DNA from: Cyanophora paradoxa CCMP329
Taxonomy: Eukaryota; Plantae; Glaucophyta
Assembly: GCA_004431415.1 (NCBI GenBank)
Contig: QPMI01000568.1
Location: 52,183 to 116,182 of the forward strand
Direction of reading: 5' to 3'
DNA length: 64,000 bases
Positions 42,443 through 52,810 of this stretch are shown here, piece by piece. The first letter of the stretch is position 1; each line of letters begins with the position of its first letter. A program made the translations under genes and the position numbers. The notes below the pieces were generated by a model. It was given only the letters and a program-made list of their open reading frames with translations. It ran no database searches and was not told the origin of the DNA.

Positions 42443-42912
42443 AGAGTTGCATTATGTCCAATTAAACAATCGATGGAATTGCGGATTTACATTTTTGCAC
42501 CGAAAGAGTGTCACAGAGTTGCATTATGTCCAATTAAACAATCGATCAGATTGCGGGATTTTCTATTGGAATATATCGGAACTGCATCACGTCCAATTAA
42601 ACAATCGATTATATTGCATATGTTCTATAAAACAGAATAATTGAGATCAAGTGTGACAGGTAGTATTCAAATGATATTCAGTAAGAGATAGTTTTGTTTT
42701 TGAGAAAGTCAGTAAGAGGGGTGGAATGTCTGTGACGCCTGTGACGGCTGTGACGCCTGTGACGGCTGTGACGCCTGTTTTCAGAAGTCTGTCATTTTTG
42801 AAAATTTTAAAAAGTTTGAAAGTAGGTGTCACAGGCGTCACAGGCGTCACACTCAATTAACTTAGGTGTCACAGAGTTGCATGGTCTCCAATTGATCAAT
42901 CGATTAGATTGC
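42443..42912 (+). repeat. Copies of the conserved TGCATTATGTCCAATTAAACAATCGAT repeat in the element C terminal region
   Basis: Copies at 42448 and 42520; variants at 42583 and 42878. Confidence 0.85.
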
Positions 42913-43460
42913 AGATGTTCTATAAAACAGAATAAATGAAATCAAGTGTGACAGATAGTATTCAAATGATATTCAGTAAGATATATTTCTGTTTTTGAGA
43001 AGAGTAGTAAGGGGGGCAGAATGTCTGTGACGCCTGTGACGGCTGTGACGCCTGTTTTCAGAAGTCTGTCATTTTTGAAAATTTTAAAAAGTTTGAAAGT
43101 AGGCGTCACAGGCGTCACAGGCGTCACACTCAATTAATTTAGGTGTCACAGCGAAATTGCAGACCATTTCCAGTAAGACAACTTCGCATTTTCGAGAAGG
43201 TGGATTAATGGATAGTGTTTTGTAGGTGTCAGAGGTGTCACAAGACGGATTTCAGTAAGACAAGAATATATTTTTGAATATCCCAGTAAGAGAGATAGAT
43301 TCCATTTTTAATTGGGTGTGACGCCTGTGACGGCTGTGACGGCTGTTTTCAGAAGTCTGTCATTTTTGAAAATTTTAGAAAGTTTGAAAGTAGGCGTCAC
43401 AGGCGTCACAGGCGTCACAGTCAATTAAAGAGGCGTCACAGTCAATTAAATAGGTGTCAC
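42731..43460. repeat. Three iteron palindromes: (TGTGACGCC)n, AT-rich core, (GGCGTCACA)n
   Basis: About 42731-42860, 43026-43137 and 43309-43428. Confidence 0.9.
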
Positions 43461-43520
43461 ACCCGATTATCTGACCATTTTCAGTAAGACCATCTGAAAT
43501 TCTGAATTTCTCAGTGTCAA

Positions 43521-43922
43521 CTAACTCGGAAATCGCAATACTCTATGTTTCTCCGATTTCTCCAACCCTGAAAACACACCTGTTATTCTCTCATCTATCT
43601 CATGAGATACTCTCGTGGTTTTTCTCTCTGCTTCTAATCCACAACTGAATATATCAATCGCCAACATTCCTTCATTTGAGTAACAATGAGCAGTGCAATG
43701 GCTCTCATCCAGCAGAAGAACCATTGCAAAACCAGGGGGAGAAATACCACCATCGAAAATCTCGCAATGCTTGTGAACTACTCGAATACCTTGCTCTTGA
43801 ATAATAGTTTGTAAGAACTGCATTAACCACCTGGTTGTTGTCTCCAAGTCCTCCATTCCTACTGCTAATTGGGTTCTGAATTTGTAATCCAGCATCACAT
43901 GGAAGCCTCGATGAGTATTCAT
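43521..43922 (-). CDS. speD: S-adenosylmethionine decarboxylase proenzyme (element C)
   Basis: PPGFAMVLLLDESHCTAHCY...AIDIFSCG; orthologue of 11172-11570. Confidence 0.85.
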   Translation of the reverse strand: MNTHRGFHVMLDYKFRTQLAVGMEDLETTTRWLMQFLQTIIQEQGIRVVHKHCEIFDGGISPPGFAMVLLLDESHCTAHCYSNEGMLAIDIFSCGLEAERKTTRVSHEIDERITGVFSGLEKSEKHRVLRFPS

Positions 43923-43962
43923 TTATGAATAATTTAGAAAAATTAAAAACGCGATTGGTAGA

Positions 43963-44112
43963 ATGCGAACCATCTTAGCAAGAGTGCTACCATATGAGTT
44001 GGTGGATATCATTCTGCTGCACTACCACAAGACCTGTCCAAACTGTTTTGATACCTGCATAATCACCAGGGGAAAATGGGGAAAGATTCTCATTTCTCTC
44101 TCAAAGATCTAA
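43963..44112 (+). CDS. 49-aa micro-protein (F-box-like motif plus CxxC)
   Basis: MRTILARVLPYELVDIILLHYHKTCPNCFDTCIITRGKWGKILISLSKI*. Confidence 0.75.
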   Translation: MRTILARVLPYELVDIILLHYHKTCPNCFDTCIITRGKWGKILISLSKI

Positions 44113-44381
44113 TCGAAATATAATACTACTGGTTTATCATCTATCACAATTCCTGATGTAGTCTTTTTTCTATATGCATGAGAGGATTTCTTGTTGCACT
44201 CTCTGCATCCACTTCCCCTTACATGATTAAATGGGTAGGTTTGCAGGATCTTGTTGCATTTAAGGCATCTAACAGAGACCTTCTCTTGTGCTTTCTTATA
44301 GACTGTCTCACTATAATCGAATTTAGCATCACCATGAACCATCATTGCAGATTCTATGAATTTCTTTGTTTTATCATCCAT
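44109..44381 (-). CDS. Small zinc-ribbon protein
   Basis: Orthologue of 11757-12032. Confidence 0.75.
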   Translation of the reverse strand: MDDKTKKFIESAMMVHGDAKFDYSETVYKKAQEKVSVRCLKCNKILQTYPFNHVRGSGCRECNKKSSHAYRKKTTSGIVIDDKPVVLYFD

Positions 44382-44406
44382 CCCTCTCTATATATACCTG
44401 AGATTT

Positions 44407-45237
44407 CTATGGAGCAGTATCCTGCCCGAAAATGGGGAAGTATCGATTTGTGCCGTAATACTCTGCATATGTATTCTGTCTTGCAATAGCATCGGTTCTC
44501 TCAGCATAGAGAATGCATTTGTAGATACCAAATCTGGTGGCTCTCACCAAGAACTGGTAATCTTCAAGACCGAAATTCACACCATGATAAGCGATTCCGA
44601 AATTGTCATATGGGGTGATCACAACTGCAATATTTGGGGTTCCACCCTCTACTTGACAGACAGCATAAACATCTGGTGGGATATCGACAACCACCTTGTA
44701 GTGGTCACCAATCTCAACAAGAGAATCAACTACTGATGTCTGCTCATTCACAACAATTGGGAAGATCTTGATAATATATGGTGCATTCATACTGGGGACA
44801 TAGGTGCGAATTCTGGTGTTGGGATCAATGGGGTTGGGTTGATCATTTACGAAAAGAGGCGCACCCACAGCTCCACCAACCCGAAGACCATCACCAATAT
44901 ATGCTCCCCCCGTTTTGCAGTTAATAGCTCCCGACCGAGATTCAAAAGAATAAGTAGAAAGAGGATCACCATAACTGTCTGGGTCTCCATAATGTGCAGA
45001 AAAGTTTGCATTGGTGACAAGGAGTTTCGTTGTCTTAACTATACCATTATTTTTATCACACCTGAGTTCCTGCAATCTCAGTTTGTGGGTGGAACCAAAG
45101 GTATTCATTGTAGGTTGGACTTCTGTTGATTGGAGACCTTCCACATCATCAAAGGTAGCATGCTGCAAAACGTGATTTGCAGGTGCTGCTAATGATAGTT
45201 GGGGTGTAATAATTCGCTCTATTGGAATTTCAGCCAT
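44407..45237 (-). CDS. Hypothetical virion-associated protein, paralogue 1
   Basis: Orthologue of 12053-12898; conserved N-half, diverged C-half. Confidence 0.7.
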   Translation of the reverse strand: MAEIPIERIITPQLSLAAPANHVLQHATFDDVEGLQSTEVQPTMNTFGSTHKLRLQELRCDKNNGIVKTTKLLVTNANFSAHYGDPDSYGDPLSTYSFESRSGAINCKTGGAYIGDGLRVGGAVGAPLFVNDQPNPIDPNTRIRTYVPSMNAPYIIKIFPIVVNEQTSVVDSLVEIGDHYKVVVDIPPDVYAVCQVEGGTPNIAVVITPYDNFGIAYHGVNFGLEDYQFLVRATRFGIYKCILYAERTDAIARQNTYAEYYGTNRYFPIFGQDTAP

Positions 45238-45260
45238 TTTACATTTAAGTAATATATAAT

Positions 45261-46115
45261 TTAAGGTGTTGGATCGTCAATAACATCTGGCTCCTGGTAA
45301 AATCCGGTTGTAAAGATATCAGCAATATTCACACCACGAAGTGCCGAAACAGCTGCTATATCTGTTCTCAGTCCCATAATCATAGTATTGTAAACTCCTA
45401 CCTCAGTGACAAACAGATCATAGGTAAATGTCAAATTGTTATATACACAATATCCCCGACCGAAATGATTTGATGCTTGAACAAAGAATAGGTAATTGTG
45501 ACCTGGTTGATTGTTGTTTGCTCTGCACATCGAAAGCATTGCTGTGGGAAGAGGAATATTCCTTCTCACACGATCAGTTCCTGTAATGGAAACCAACTCT
45601 GAATTTTCAAGAGAGACAGATGATGCAACATAGAAGTGAAGAAAAGGTTGCTGTGCAACAGGTGTATAGAACCGAATTCGTTGTGGATTTTCAACATTTT
45701 GTTCAAGGGAATCCGGGACATCATTGTATGCAATCGAAGAAGAGAGTTGACCGGACACACGACATCCACCACCAATAAAAGCTCCACCTGATCTCACAGT
45801 AACAGCAGCAGAATTCTTGTCGAAATCGAGGGCTTTCAGATCAACACTGTAAGCATCAGGGCCTCCATTTATTGGCTGGAAGAAATTTGCATTGCTTACG
45901 AGTAGTCGAGTGGTTTTAACTACACCCGAATTCTTATCGGCTCGGAGTTCTTTTACTCGAATCATTGAGTTTTTGTCAAAAGAGTTACCATTCGAATTAG
46001 GTCGTTCAGTGGATTCCAGACCGCGAACCTCATCATTGACTTCGTGTTGGCGAAAATGATTTGCAGGGGATCCCAGGGAATAGATAGGTAGCTGAACCCG
46101 ATTATATTCACCCAT
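45261..46115 (-). CDS. Hypothetical virion-associated protein, paralogue 2
   Basis: Orthologue of 12918-13760. Confidence 0.7.
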   Translation of the reverse strand: MGEYNRVQLPIYSLGSPANHFRQHEVNDEVRGLESTERPNSNGNSFDKNSMIRVKELRADKNSGVVKTTRLLVSNANFFQPINGGPDAYSVDLKALDFDKNSAAVTVRSGGAFIGGGCRVSGQLSSSIAYNDVPDSLEQNVENPQRIRFYTPVAQQPFLHFYVASSVSLENSELVSITGTDRVRRNIPLPTAMLSMCRANNNQPGHNYLFFVQASNHFGRGYCVYNNLTFTYDLFVTEVGVYNTMIMGLRTDIAAVSALRGVNIADIFTTGFYQEPDVIDDPTP

Positions 46116-46269
46116 TGCTTCTTTTACTAAGAAGGAAAGAAAAATAAACGACTTTCAAGAAGGACATGCAAGATACATGCCTTTCTTATGCATGATCTAT
46201 GAAAAATAACAATAAACCCAGTCGTCAGACAAGCTGCCTTGGCTGCGCCTCTCTCATTCTTCGAATTCT

Positions 46270-46533
46270 TTACATAGGAGCGCTCACAGGAATTTCGCTT
46301 GCCTTTCGAACAGTCCCCCTTGCAAACGCTTGCTCTACAATCGCTTCCTTTGTGAGTGGAATCGGAATTCCAGCGGCAATACACGATTTAACTTCTTTGT
46401 CCACAATCTCATCAATCGCAATTCTCGCCCGATTATGAGCCGCATTATCGATCCAATCCTGAACAGAGTAGGCACAGTATTCCATTCCCAGCTTTTCAGT
46501 CTCAGTTAAAACGATTTGATAGTTGTGCGACAT
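46270..46533 (-). CDS. Small hypothetical protein, element C-specific (resembles small phage tail-region proteins)
   Basis: 87 aa, VQDWIDNAAHNRARIAIDEIV; preceded by an AGTAAAAG leader like the neighbouring genes. Confidence 0.6.
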   Translation of the reverse strand: MSHNYQIVLTETEKLGMEYCAYSVQDWIDNAAHNRARIAIDEIVDKEVKSCIAAGIPIPLTKEAIVEQAFARGTVRKASEIPVSAPM

Positions 46534-46559
46534 TCTTTTACTTACAAGAAAGAAAATTT

Positions 46560-47540
46560 TTAAGCCAACGCTGTTATGAGGTATCCTTTCATTTGCATAC
46601 TTGTTCCTAAATAGCCCCCGTTACTGTTAGCAAGTCTTCTGAAATCAACAAAATCAGTTGTAGAGTTAAGCTGAAGAATAAATAATCCAGTCAAATAGGC
46701 TTTTTCGTTTGCAACAGTTCTTTCATAGTTTACATAGTATCCAGTGGTTGATTTGTTCACATCATTTACATGTAGCGAAATAGCTGTTTGTCCAGTTCCT
46801 GTATCATTTGTATGTGCTGACCACGAAAATACATATATCCCTTTAACAGGAGCAGTAAACCGCCCTGTGGTGGCACTAAAACAATTTCCTTGATTTAGTT
46901 CAACAACGAGACTATCTCCATTATTTGTTGAAATAATTCCAGTTCTTGTAATGTAGGCAGCTGTCGAATCTCTCACACAAAATGCAGCAAAGTTTGATGG
47001 ATATAAGTATCCTGTATTTATTGAAAGTCCGGTGTCTTTCACAGTAGCAATAGTAGCTCCATTTCGTTTAATCAACACATCAGACGCAGCCCCACTATCA
47101 ATAGTGGTCGTTTTAACTGTCCCAAAAGATCCAGCGGTAAGGGATCCAATTGTCGCACTTGTTGCTGTAATTGCTCCATTCACACTCAGTCCAGTCCCAA
47201 TCCATGCCCCGCCACTGTAAACTTGAAAAGCCGCCGAATTCCTATCAGCCGGATTAAAAGCCGTTTTGGAATCCTGTTGACCTTCATATAGATTTTCTTT
47301 GGTGACCAGCCCCGAAGAGATTGCGGGTCGATTAGATACGATCATTTGAGTAGCTTTAACGAGTCCATCAATCTTGTCGGCTCTGAGTTCTTTGACTCTG
47401 AGTATGCTTTGTTCATTAAAAGAATCGGTTTTGGCTGTTTCAGTTGAAGGGTGGCTTGGAGATAAATCATAAACAGTGTGTTGGACATTGTGGACAGCAC
47501 TTGCACTCAAAGAAAACACAGGCGTGAATACAGTTGTCAT
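46560..47540 (-). CDS. C1q-like domain protein with the shared N-terminal anchor domain, element C-specific
   Basis: ILRVKELRADKIDGLVK N-terminus; C-terminal NQGNCFSATTGRFTAPVKGIYVFSW C1q signature. Confidence 0.75.
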   Translation of the reverse strand: MTTVFTPVFSLSASAVHNVQHTVYDLSPSHPSTETAKTDSFNEQSILRVKELRADKIDGLVKATQMIVSNRPAISSGLVTKENLYEGQQDSKTAFNPADRNSAAFQVYSGGAWIGTGLSVNGAITATSATIGSLTAGSFGTVKTTTIDSGAASDVLIKRNGATIATVKDTGLSINTGYLYPSNFAAFCVRDSTAAYITRTGIISTNNGDSLVVELNQGNCFSATTGRFTAPVKGIYVFSWSAHTNDTGTGQTAISLHVNDVNKSTTGYYVNYERTVANEKAYLTGLFILQLNSTTDFVDFRRLANSNGGYLGTSMQMKGYLITALA

Positions 47541-47560
47541 CTTTAAATTGCTCTTTATAA

Positions 47561-50500
47561 TTACGTGAGAATATTATTGTTTTGGAGAGGTCCGACAGCA
47601 ATCCAATGGAGTTTAAGGGTTCTTTCGTTTTGAGGCACATTCGTATAATTGATCGCCGAATAACAAGTAAATATAGCAATCCAAGTGAATTTATTTTTGA
47701 ACCCAATGCGATTCCCGAACTGATATTCAGCAGAGAGATATATGCTATTGGTGAAATCGACACTCGTTAAAATAATACTGTTTTCGAGAGTAGCATTAAC
47801 TATTGGATCACTATAATATGGGGTAGAAAACGTAACGGTTCCTGATGCTGTAAACACTTGCCCTACTGTATAAACTTGATTAGGTATAACTACATCCGCT
47901 GTCCCCTGTTGCACATATGCATTTGCATTTACATAACTACCGAAATTCGTGAGCAACTCGATGCTGTGATTGTGAGTAGGTGGCGAAGTAGGTGTGTTAA
48001 TTAAATCGTCATAGTTCCCGCTTGTAGCCACAGCATGCAAGTTTGGTGTATTAACGAGATCATTATAGTTTCCACTTGTAGCCACAGCATGCAAGGTCGG
48101 TGCAGTAGGGGTGTTAGTTAAATCATTGTAGTCACCACTTGTAGCCACAGCATGCAAATTCGGTTTAGTAAATAGTCTATCCCATGTCCCATTGAAAGGG
48201 AGTGTAGATTCTGATATAATTACACTTTGATCAATCCAACGAGGTATATAAGTGGTGAAATCGGGAATTCTTGATAAATCATAGTAATCACCTGTGAATG
48301 CTACACTACTCCAAGTTGGCTTCTCCGTAATATCAGTCCATTTACCACTAAATCCTGCCGGGACATCTGTGAGTTCTTTGTAGCTCACCTTTTGCTTTGG
48401 TATGGAGAGTTCAATGGGCGAAAATGCACCTGAAAGGTAATTCTCAGAAGAGAAATACATGAGATTATGGCTGTTTGGGAACACATCCACAAGATTAAAG
48501 GTGAAATTCGTTGGTAATTCGACTCTACTAATTGGAGTGTTTGCATCTAATATATATTCAGCACCTGGGTGAACAACAGGAAATGTCTGAGCATTTGGAG
48601 TATCAACAAGGAAATTCGGAGCATGAACATCACCTGTGACAGTTCCACCAGTGAGAGGAAGGTAAGCACCCTCCACAGCAATTCCTGCGATGATTGTTGC
48701 TCCATTGTCTCTCAGATAATCCTCTGTTACCACTCTTGATATGGTCTCATTGTGAATATTCTTTGCTGCTGCCCTCTGATTAATTTCTAAAACTCCCTCA
48801 CCAACTCCACCATTATAATTCGTTTTAATCCATGCAACCTCGCATTGTTTATAGTCATCTCGGTTCCCCAAAAGTGCATCTGGTAACAATCTCTCTCTGC
48901 TGAATATTAATTTCGGTCTTGATGAATCTAAATCACTCACATCAGAAACATTAATTTGGATTGCAGCGTTTTTATCATCATAGTTTGCTGGATCAGAAGG
49001 TAAAGATATTAAACCTCCTGTCATTGGGATGTCATCTGCATAGTAGCTGGTAAGATAGATACCTGGTTTGGTGTCTTTAATTTCAATACCACCACCAAGT
49101 CCCAATATTCCATTTCTTGTAGGGGGTCTAATGTATAATTCGCCTTCCATTGTGGTGCCTGCATCTATTCCCTTTCGATTCACATAGTAATCATTTAATT
49201 GTAATCTTGCTGGTGTGTCTATATTTTGATAGAGACTCACACCATTGTTAATATCTCCTAATAATACATTACCTGCTGATGCGAATTTTGGTTGTTCATC
49301 TATTTCGCTCCATTTATGTCTGTGATCTTCTGGTGGGAACTCTTCTGGTTTTCCATCAATATCACCCCAATCATGCCTGTGATCCTCTGGTGGGAATTTC
49401 TCTGGTTTACCTAATATCTCATCCCAGTCATGGTTGTGATCCTCTGGTGGAAATCTTGCTGGTTTGTTATTGATCTGCTCCCAATCTGGGAAGAACTCCC
49501 AAATCTCTGGGCGAAATCCATCTGGTAATAATTCTTCATGGGGTTCATATGGTTGCTCATAATCAACAACTGGTGGTTCGAGACCATCTGCTAAATATTC
49601 CTCATGGGGTTCATAATTCTGCTCATATTCATACTCTTGTGGATCTAAACCATCTGGTAAATACTCTTCCTCATTGGGATCATATTGATCATATTCATAC
49701 TCTTGTGGGTCGAAACCATCAGGTAGGTATTCCTCCTCATCTGGAACGAATTGGTATTCGTCAAGCTCCAAAATATCAATTTCAGGAGGTAAATATTGCT
49801 CATCAATTTGCTTTCTTGGTTCAATTATCGGTTTATTTCGAACCTGCTCCCAACTCACAATGTGTTGACCAAAAGGAACTGTCTCATCTGCTGTGTATTC
49901 TCTTCCTGGTTGCTTTTTGGGTGTTAAATCTGGTGGATCCCATGGTAGTGGGAAGGGAACTGGGACAGGTCCATAATACTCAAAGATCTCTCTTATGGTC
50001 TTCTCACTTACAAGTTTCTCTCCATTTGCATAGACATTGCTTCCATGGATATTTCGCCATTGTCTGGTTCTAATACCAAGATCTTTGGTGTTTGTCACCA
50101 AAGGTAAAAGGTGCCTATCCATTTCGACAAGGTCTGGGTGTAAATGAACTGTTACTGGTTGAGTGGGGCTACTGTTGACAGTGATAGACGCCTTATTCTT
50201 TGCTGTATCACCAGGTAGTTGGAAACCGAATTGCGCATTAGAAGCCGAATTCGCCACAATATCTCGTGGATAAACATTGTTAGTGAACTCGATTTTGTTG
50301 GTTTCTCCATGGGGGCTATCTGTAATATTTCGGGAATTTGTGCAATTGCATTTGATCCTTCATTATAGATTCTCAAACCACTCTGATGCCCACCCTTCTC
50401 ATTTTGAACATTGAATATTAACCTACCACTATCGAATCGAGTTGGAATATCTGGATGGGTTCCACTGGTTTTCAGTTTTCTTGGTCTGCTCCTGGTTGCT

Positions 50501-50754
50501 TTAATCTGGGCTACTTGATTCGATTTCACATTCCCCATGCTGAAAGCAACACTCACATCCTCCTTTTCGGGATCCATTTCGTTTATTGAAAGTGCATGCT
50601 CTCTTGGGTGAGTCTTTGAGGGTTCATCTGCACTGTGATCAATTGAGATTGACCCTCTGGCTGTCAAGTTATCGAAATTCACATGTTTGTTATCTGCCTT
50701 CCCTCTTCCTGATGAGGGAATGGTTTGAAGGTTTGCTGGGTAATTGAAACTCAT
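47561..50754 (-). CDS. Fibre protein of element C (about 1,060 aa, frameshifted near 50255-50310)
   Basis: Orthologue of the element B fibre N-half. EEYLPDG repeats, FPPEDHxHxW repeats and HAVATSGxYxDL x3; different C-terminal tip. Confidence 0.78.
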
Positions 50755-50803
50755 CCCTGTTTACTCTACTTATAGAGATTTATTAAATTTGAGTTAAGTA
50801 AAG

Positions 50804-52345
50804 ATGCCCCTGAAAATTTGCCTCAGTCTCTCAGGTGGGGGAGCTCGTGGTATAATTATTACGAGATTGCTTAAAGAAATCGAAACTCGAACAGGAAAAA
50901 GAGTAATTGACCTTGTTGACCTGGTGAGTGGAACATCCACTGGTGGGATAATTGCGATTGGTCTCAATGTGAAAAATCCCGAATTTCCAAACGAACCTAA
51001 ACTCACTGCAACCGATTTGCATTCCACTTATCTCAATCAACTCCCCTTAATCTTTGCAAATCCCAGAAATATTATTGATAATGCACTTTTCAACACCAAG
51101 TATGATGTGACCCCATTGGAGACAGCCATTCTCACTGTTACTGGTGAGTCTCTCATTCAAGACTCTCTCAAAGATGTAGTGATCACAAGTTTTGACACTG
51201 TGAGTATGAAGCCCATTTTTATCACCAATGATAACTCCTACAAATCCATCCCCAGCAAGATTGCTGCAAGATCCACCTCTGCTGCTCCAACATATTTCTC
51301 ACCTGTGAACTATGATGGGATGTCTCTAATTGATGGTGCAATCTCAGGTAACAACAATCCCAGTGTCTGTGGTTACAGTCATGCTAAGAAGATCTATGAT
51401 GATGATGATGATATTATAGTGATAAGTATATCCTGTGGTGAAGTCAATGAAACAGATGCTCCAAATGTGGGTTACTCTTATGAAGATGTGAACAGCTGGG
51501 GCATCCTCTCTTGGATTGCTTCGACCTCTGGAAGTCCATTAATCAATATGTTGATGGCTGCAAGTGAACTCTCTGCTCTGGAAAAGATGCAAGAGTTTCT
51601 CCCATACAATGATGATCAAGGATATGCAAGATATTATAGACTCTCTGTTCCACTTCCAAAGACCATAGTAAACTCTTTGGATGATACCTCTAAGATCCCA
51701 GATATGATAGATGCAACCGAAATATATATAGCAGCAAACACTGTGATGATTGATAGACTCTGTGATTTACTGGTTGCAAATTACGAAATCAAGAACCCTG
51801 CAAGGTTCTATATATCATCCACTCTGAATAACATACCTCCCATTGATGCTAACTGGTATCTTCTATCAGATGGTGCATTCACTGCTTCATCATCAAAAAT
51901 TGGAAGGGAGGCATTTAAAGCAAGACCTTCCTTGACAGGTTGGGAAGCAAATGCATCTGCTCCTGATGGGATATGGAGTGTTCCCACTGAGTATCTCCAA
52001 GTAACCTTCCCATACATATTTGAGGTTGCATCTATAATTGCATATGGTTCTGGTGTAACAAACGCTTTTATTAAGACCTTCAATGTTGCAACATCACAAG
52101 ATGGTGTTTCCTGGTCATTTATCAAGTATGAAGGTGTCAACAGAGTGTTTATGTGTGAAACTATTAATAATGCCCACAACAGTGGTGATGTCTCATACAG
52201 TTCTGGGTATCCCACCTCTATTAGAGACGTTTTCTATATTGGCTACCCTCTGAGGACAAGGTATATTCGAATTTATCCACTTGTATACATCAACACCCCA
52301 ACTATGAGAGTGGATGTCACAGGTGCATTTATTCGAAGTGTATAA
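50804..52345 (+). CDS. Patatin-like phospholipase with F5/8 type C domain (intact)
   Basis: GGGARG, GTSTG, DGA; discoidin C-terminus. Confidence 0.9.
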   Translation: MPLKICLSLSGGGARGIIITRLLKEIETRTGKRVIDLVDLVSGTSTGGIIAIGLNVKNPEFPNEPKLTATDLHSTYLNQLPLIFANPRNIIDNALFNTKYDVTPLETAILTVTGESLIQDSLKDVVITSFDTVSMKPIFITNDNSYKSIPSKIAARSTSAAPTYFSPVNYDGMSLIDGAISGNNNPSVCGYSHAKKIYDDDDDIIVISISCGEVNETDAPNVGYSYEDVNSWGILSWIASTSGSPLINMLMAASELSALEKMQEFLPYNDDQGYARYYRLSVPLPKTIVNSLDDTSKIPDMIDATEIYIAANTVMIDRLCDLLVANYEIKNPARFYISSTLNNIPPIDANWYLLSDGAFTASSSKIGREAFKARPSLTGWEANASAPDGIWSVPTEYLQVTFPYIFEVASIIAYGSGVTNAFIKTFNVATSQDGVSWSFIKYEGVNRVFMCETINNAHNSGDVSYSSGYPTSIRDVFYIGYPLRTRYIRIYPLVYINTPTMRVDVTGAFIRSV

Positions 52346-52566
52346 TATTTCAGAAGTCCTGATGTATGATACAGTGGCTTCTGTATCTTCGCCCACATTA
52401 TGGCGATTTTTACAGTAGCTACTGTATTTTATTACCAGGTGCTCCATTTTTAAATCTGAAAACAGATTCGGAATCGCCACGATAGCGCCAATCAGGATTC
52501 GTCGTGATCGGGCACTTACAAAATAAAAAATTGACAAGGAGTTTCTGGATTCTCCCAACTTCTGCT

Positions 52567-52809
52567 ATGGATCCCATCTACCAAGACCCTGCTATCATCC
52601 ATGCTGCCCAGTCAGACTGGATCCATGATTTCAAGACTGCTTTCTATTACAATTTCTTCATGTCACAGCCAGAGCATGTGAGACTGTTCTTTGTTTATAA
52701 TTACCAACTGGTCTCAAACCTTGAAACTTTCTTCTTGGAAATTATTGAAAAAGATAGACAAATGAGGAAAATTCGCCAGAGGTCTAAGAGATTCCGAAAG
52801 CGTTGTTAA
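52567..52809 (+). CDS. Small hypothetical protein, element C-specific
   Basis: 80-aa ORF from MDPIY, 32 nt downstream of AAAAAATTGAC. Confidence 0.5.
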   Translation: MDPIYQDPAIIHAAQSDWIHDFKTAFYYNFFMSQPEHVRLFFVYNYQLVSNLETFFLEIIEKDRQMRKIRQRSKRFRKRC

Positions 52810-52810
52810 T

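Noticed and set aside
42647-43133. VTPVTP/VTAVTG-repeat ORFs
   Set aside because: By-products of the 9-bp iteron palindromes.
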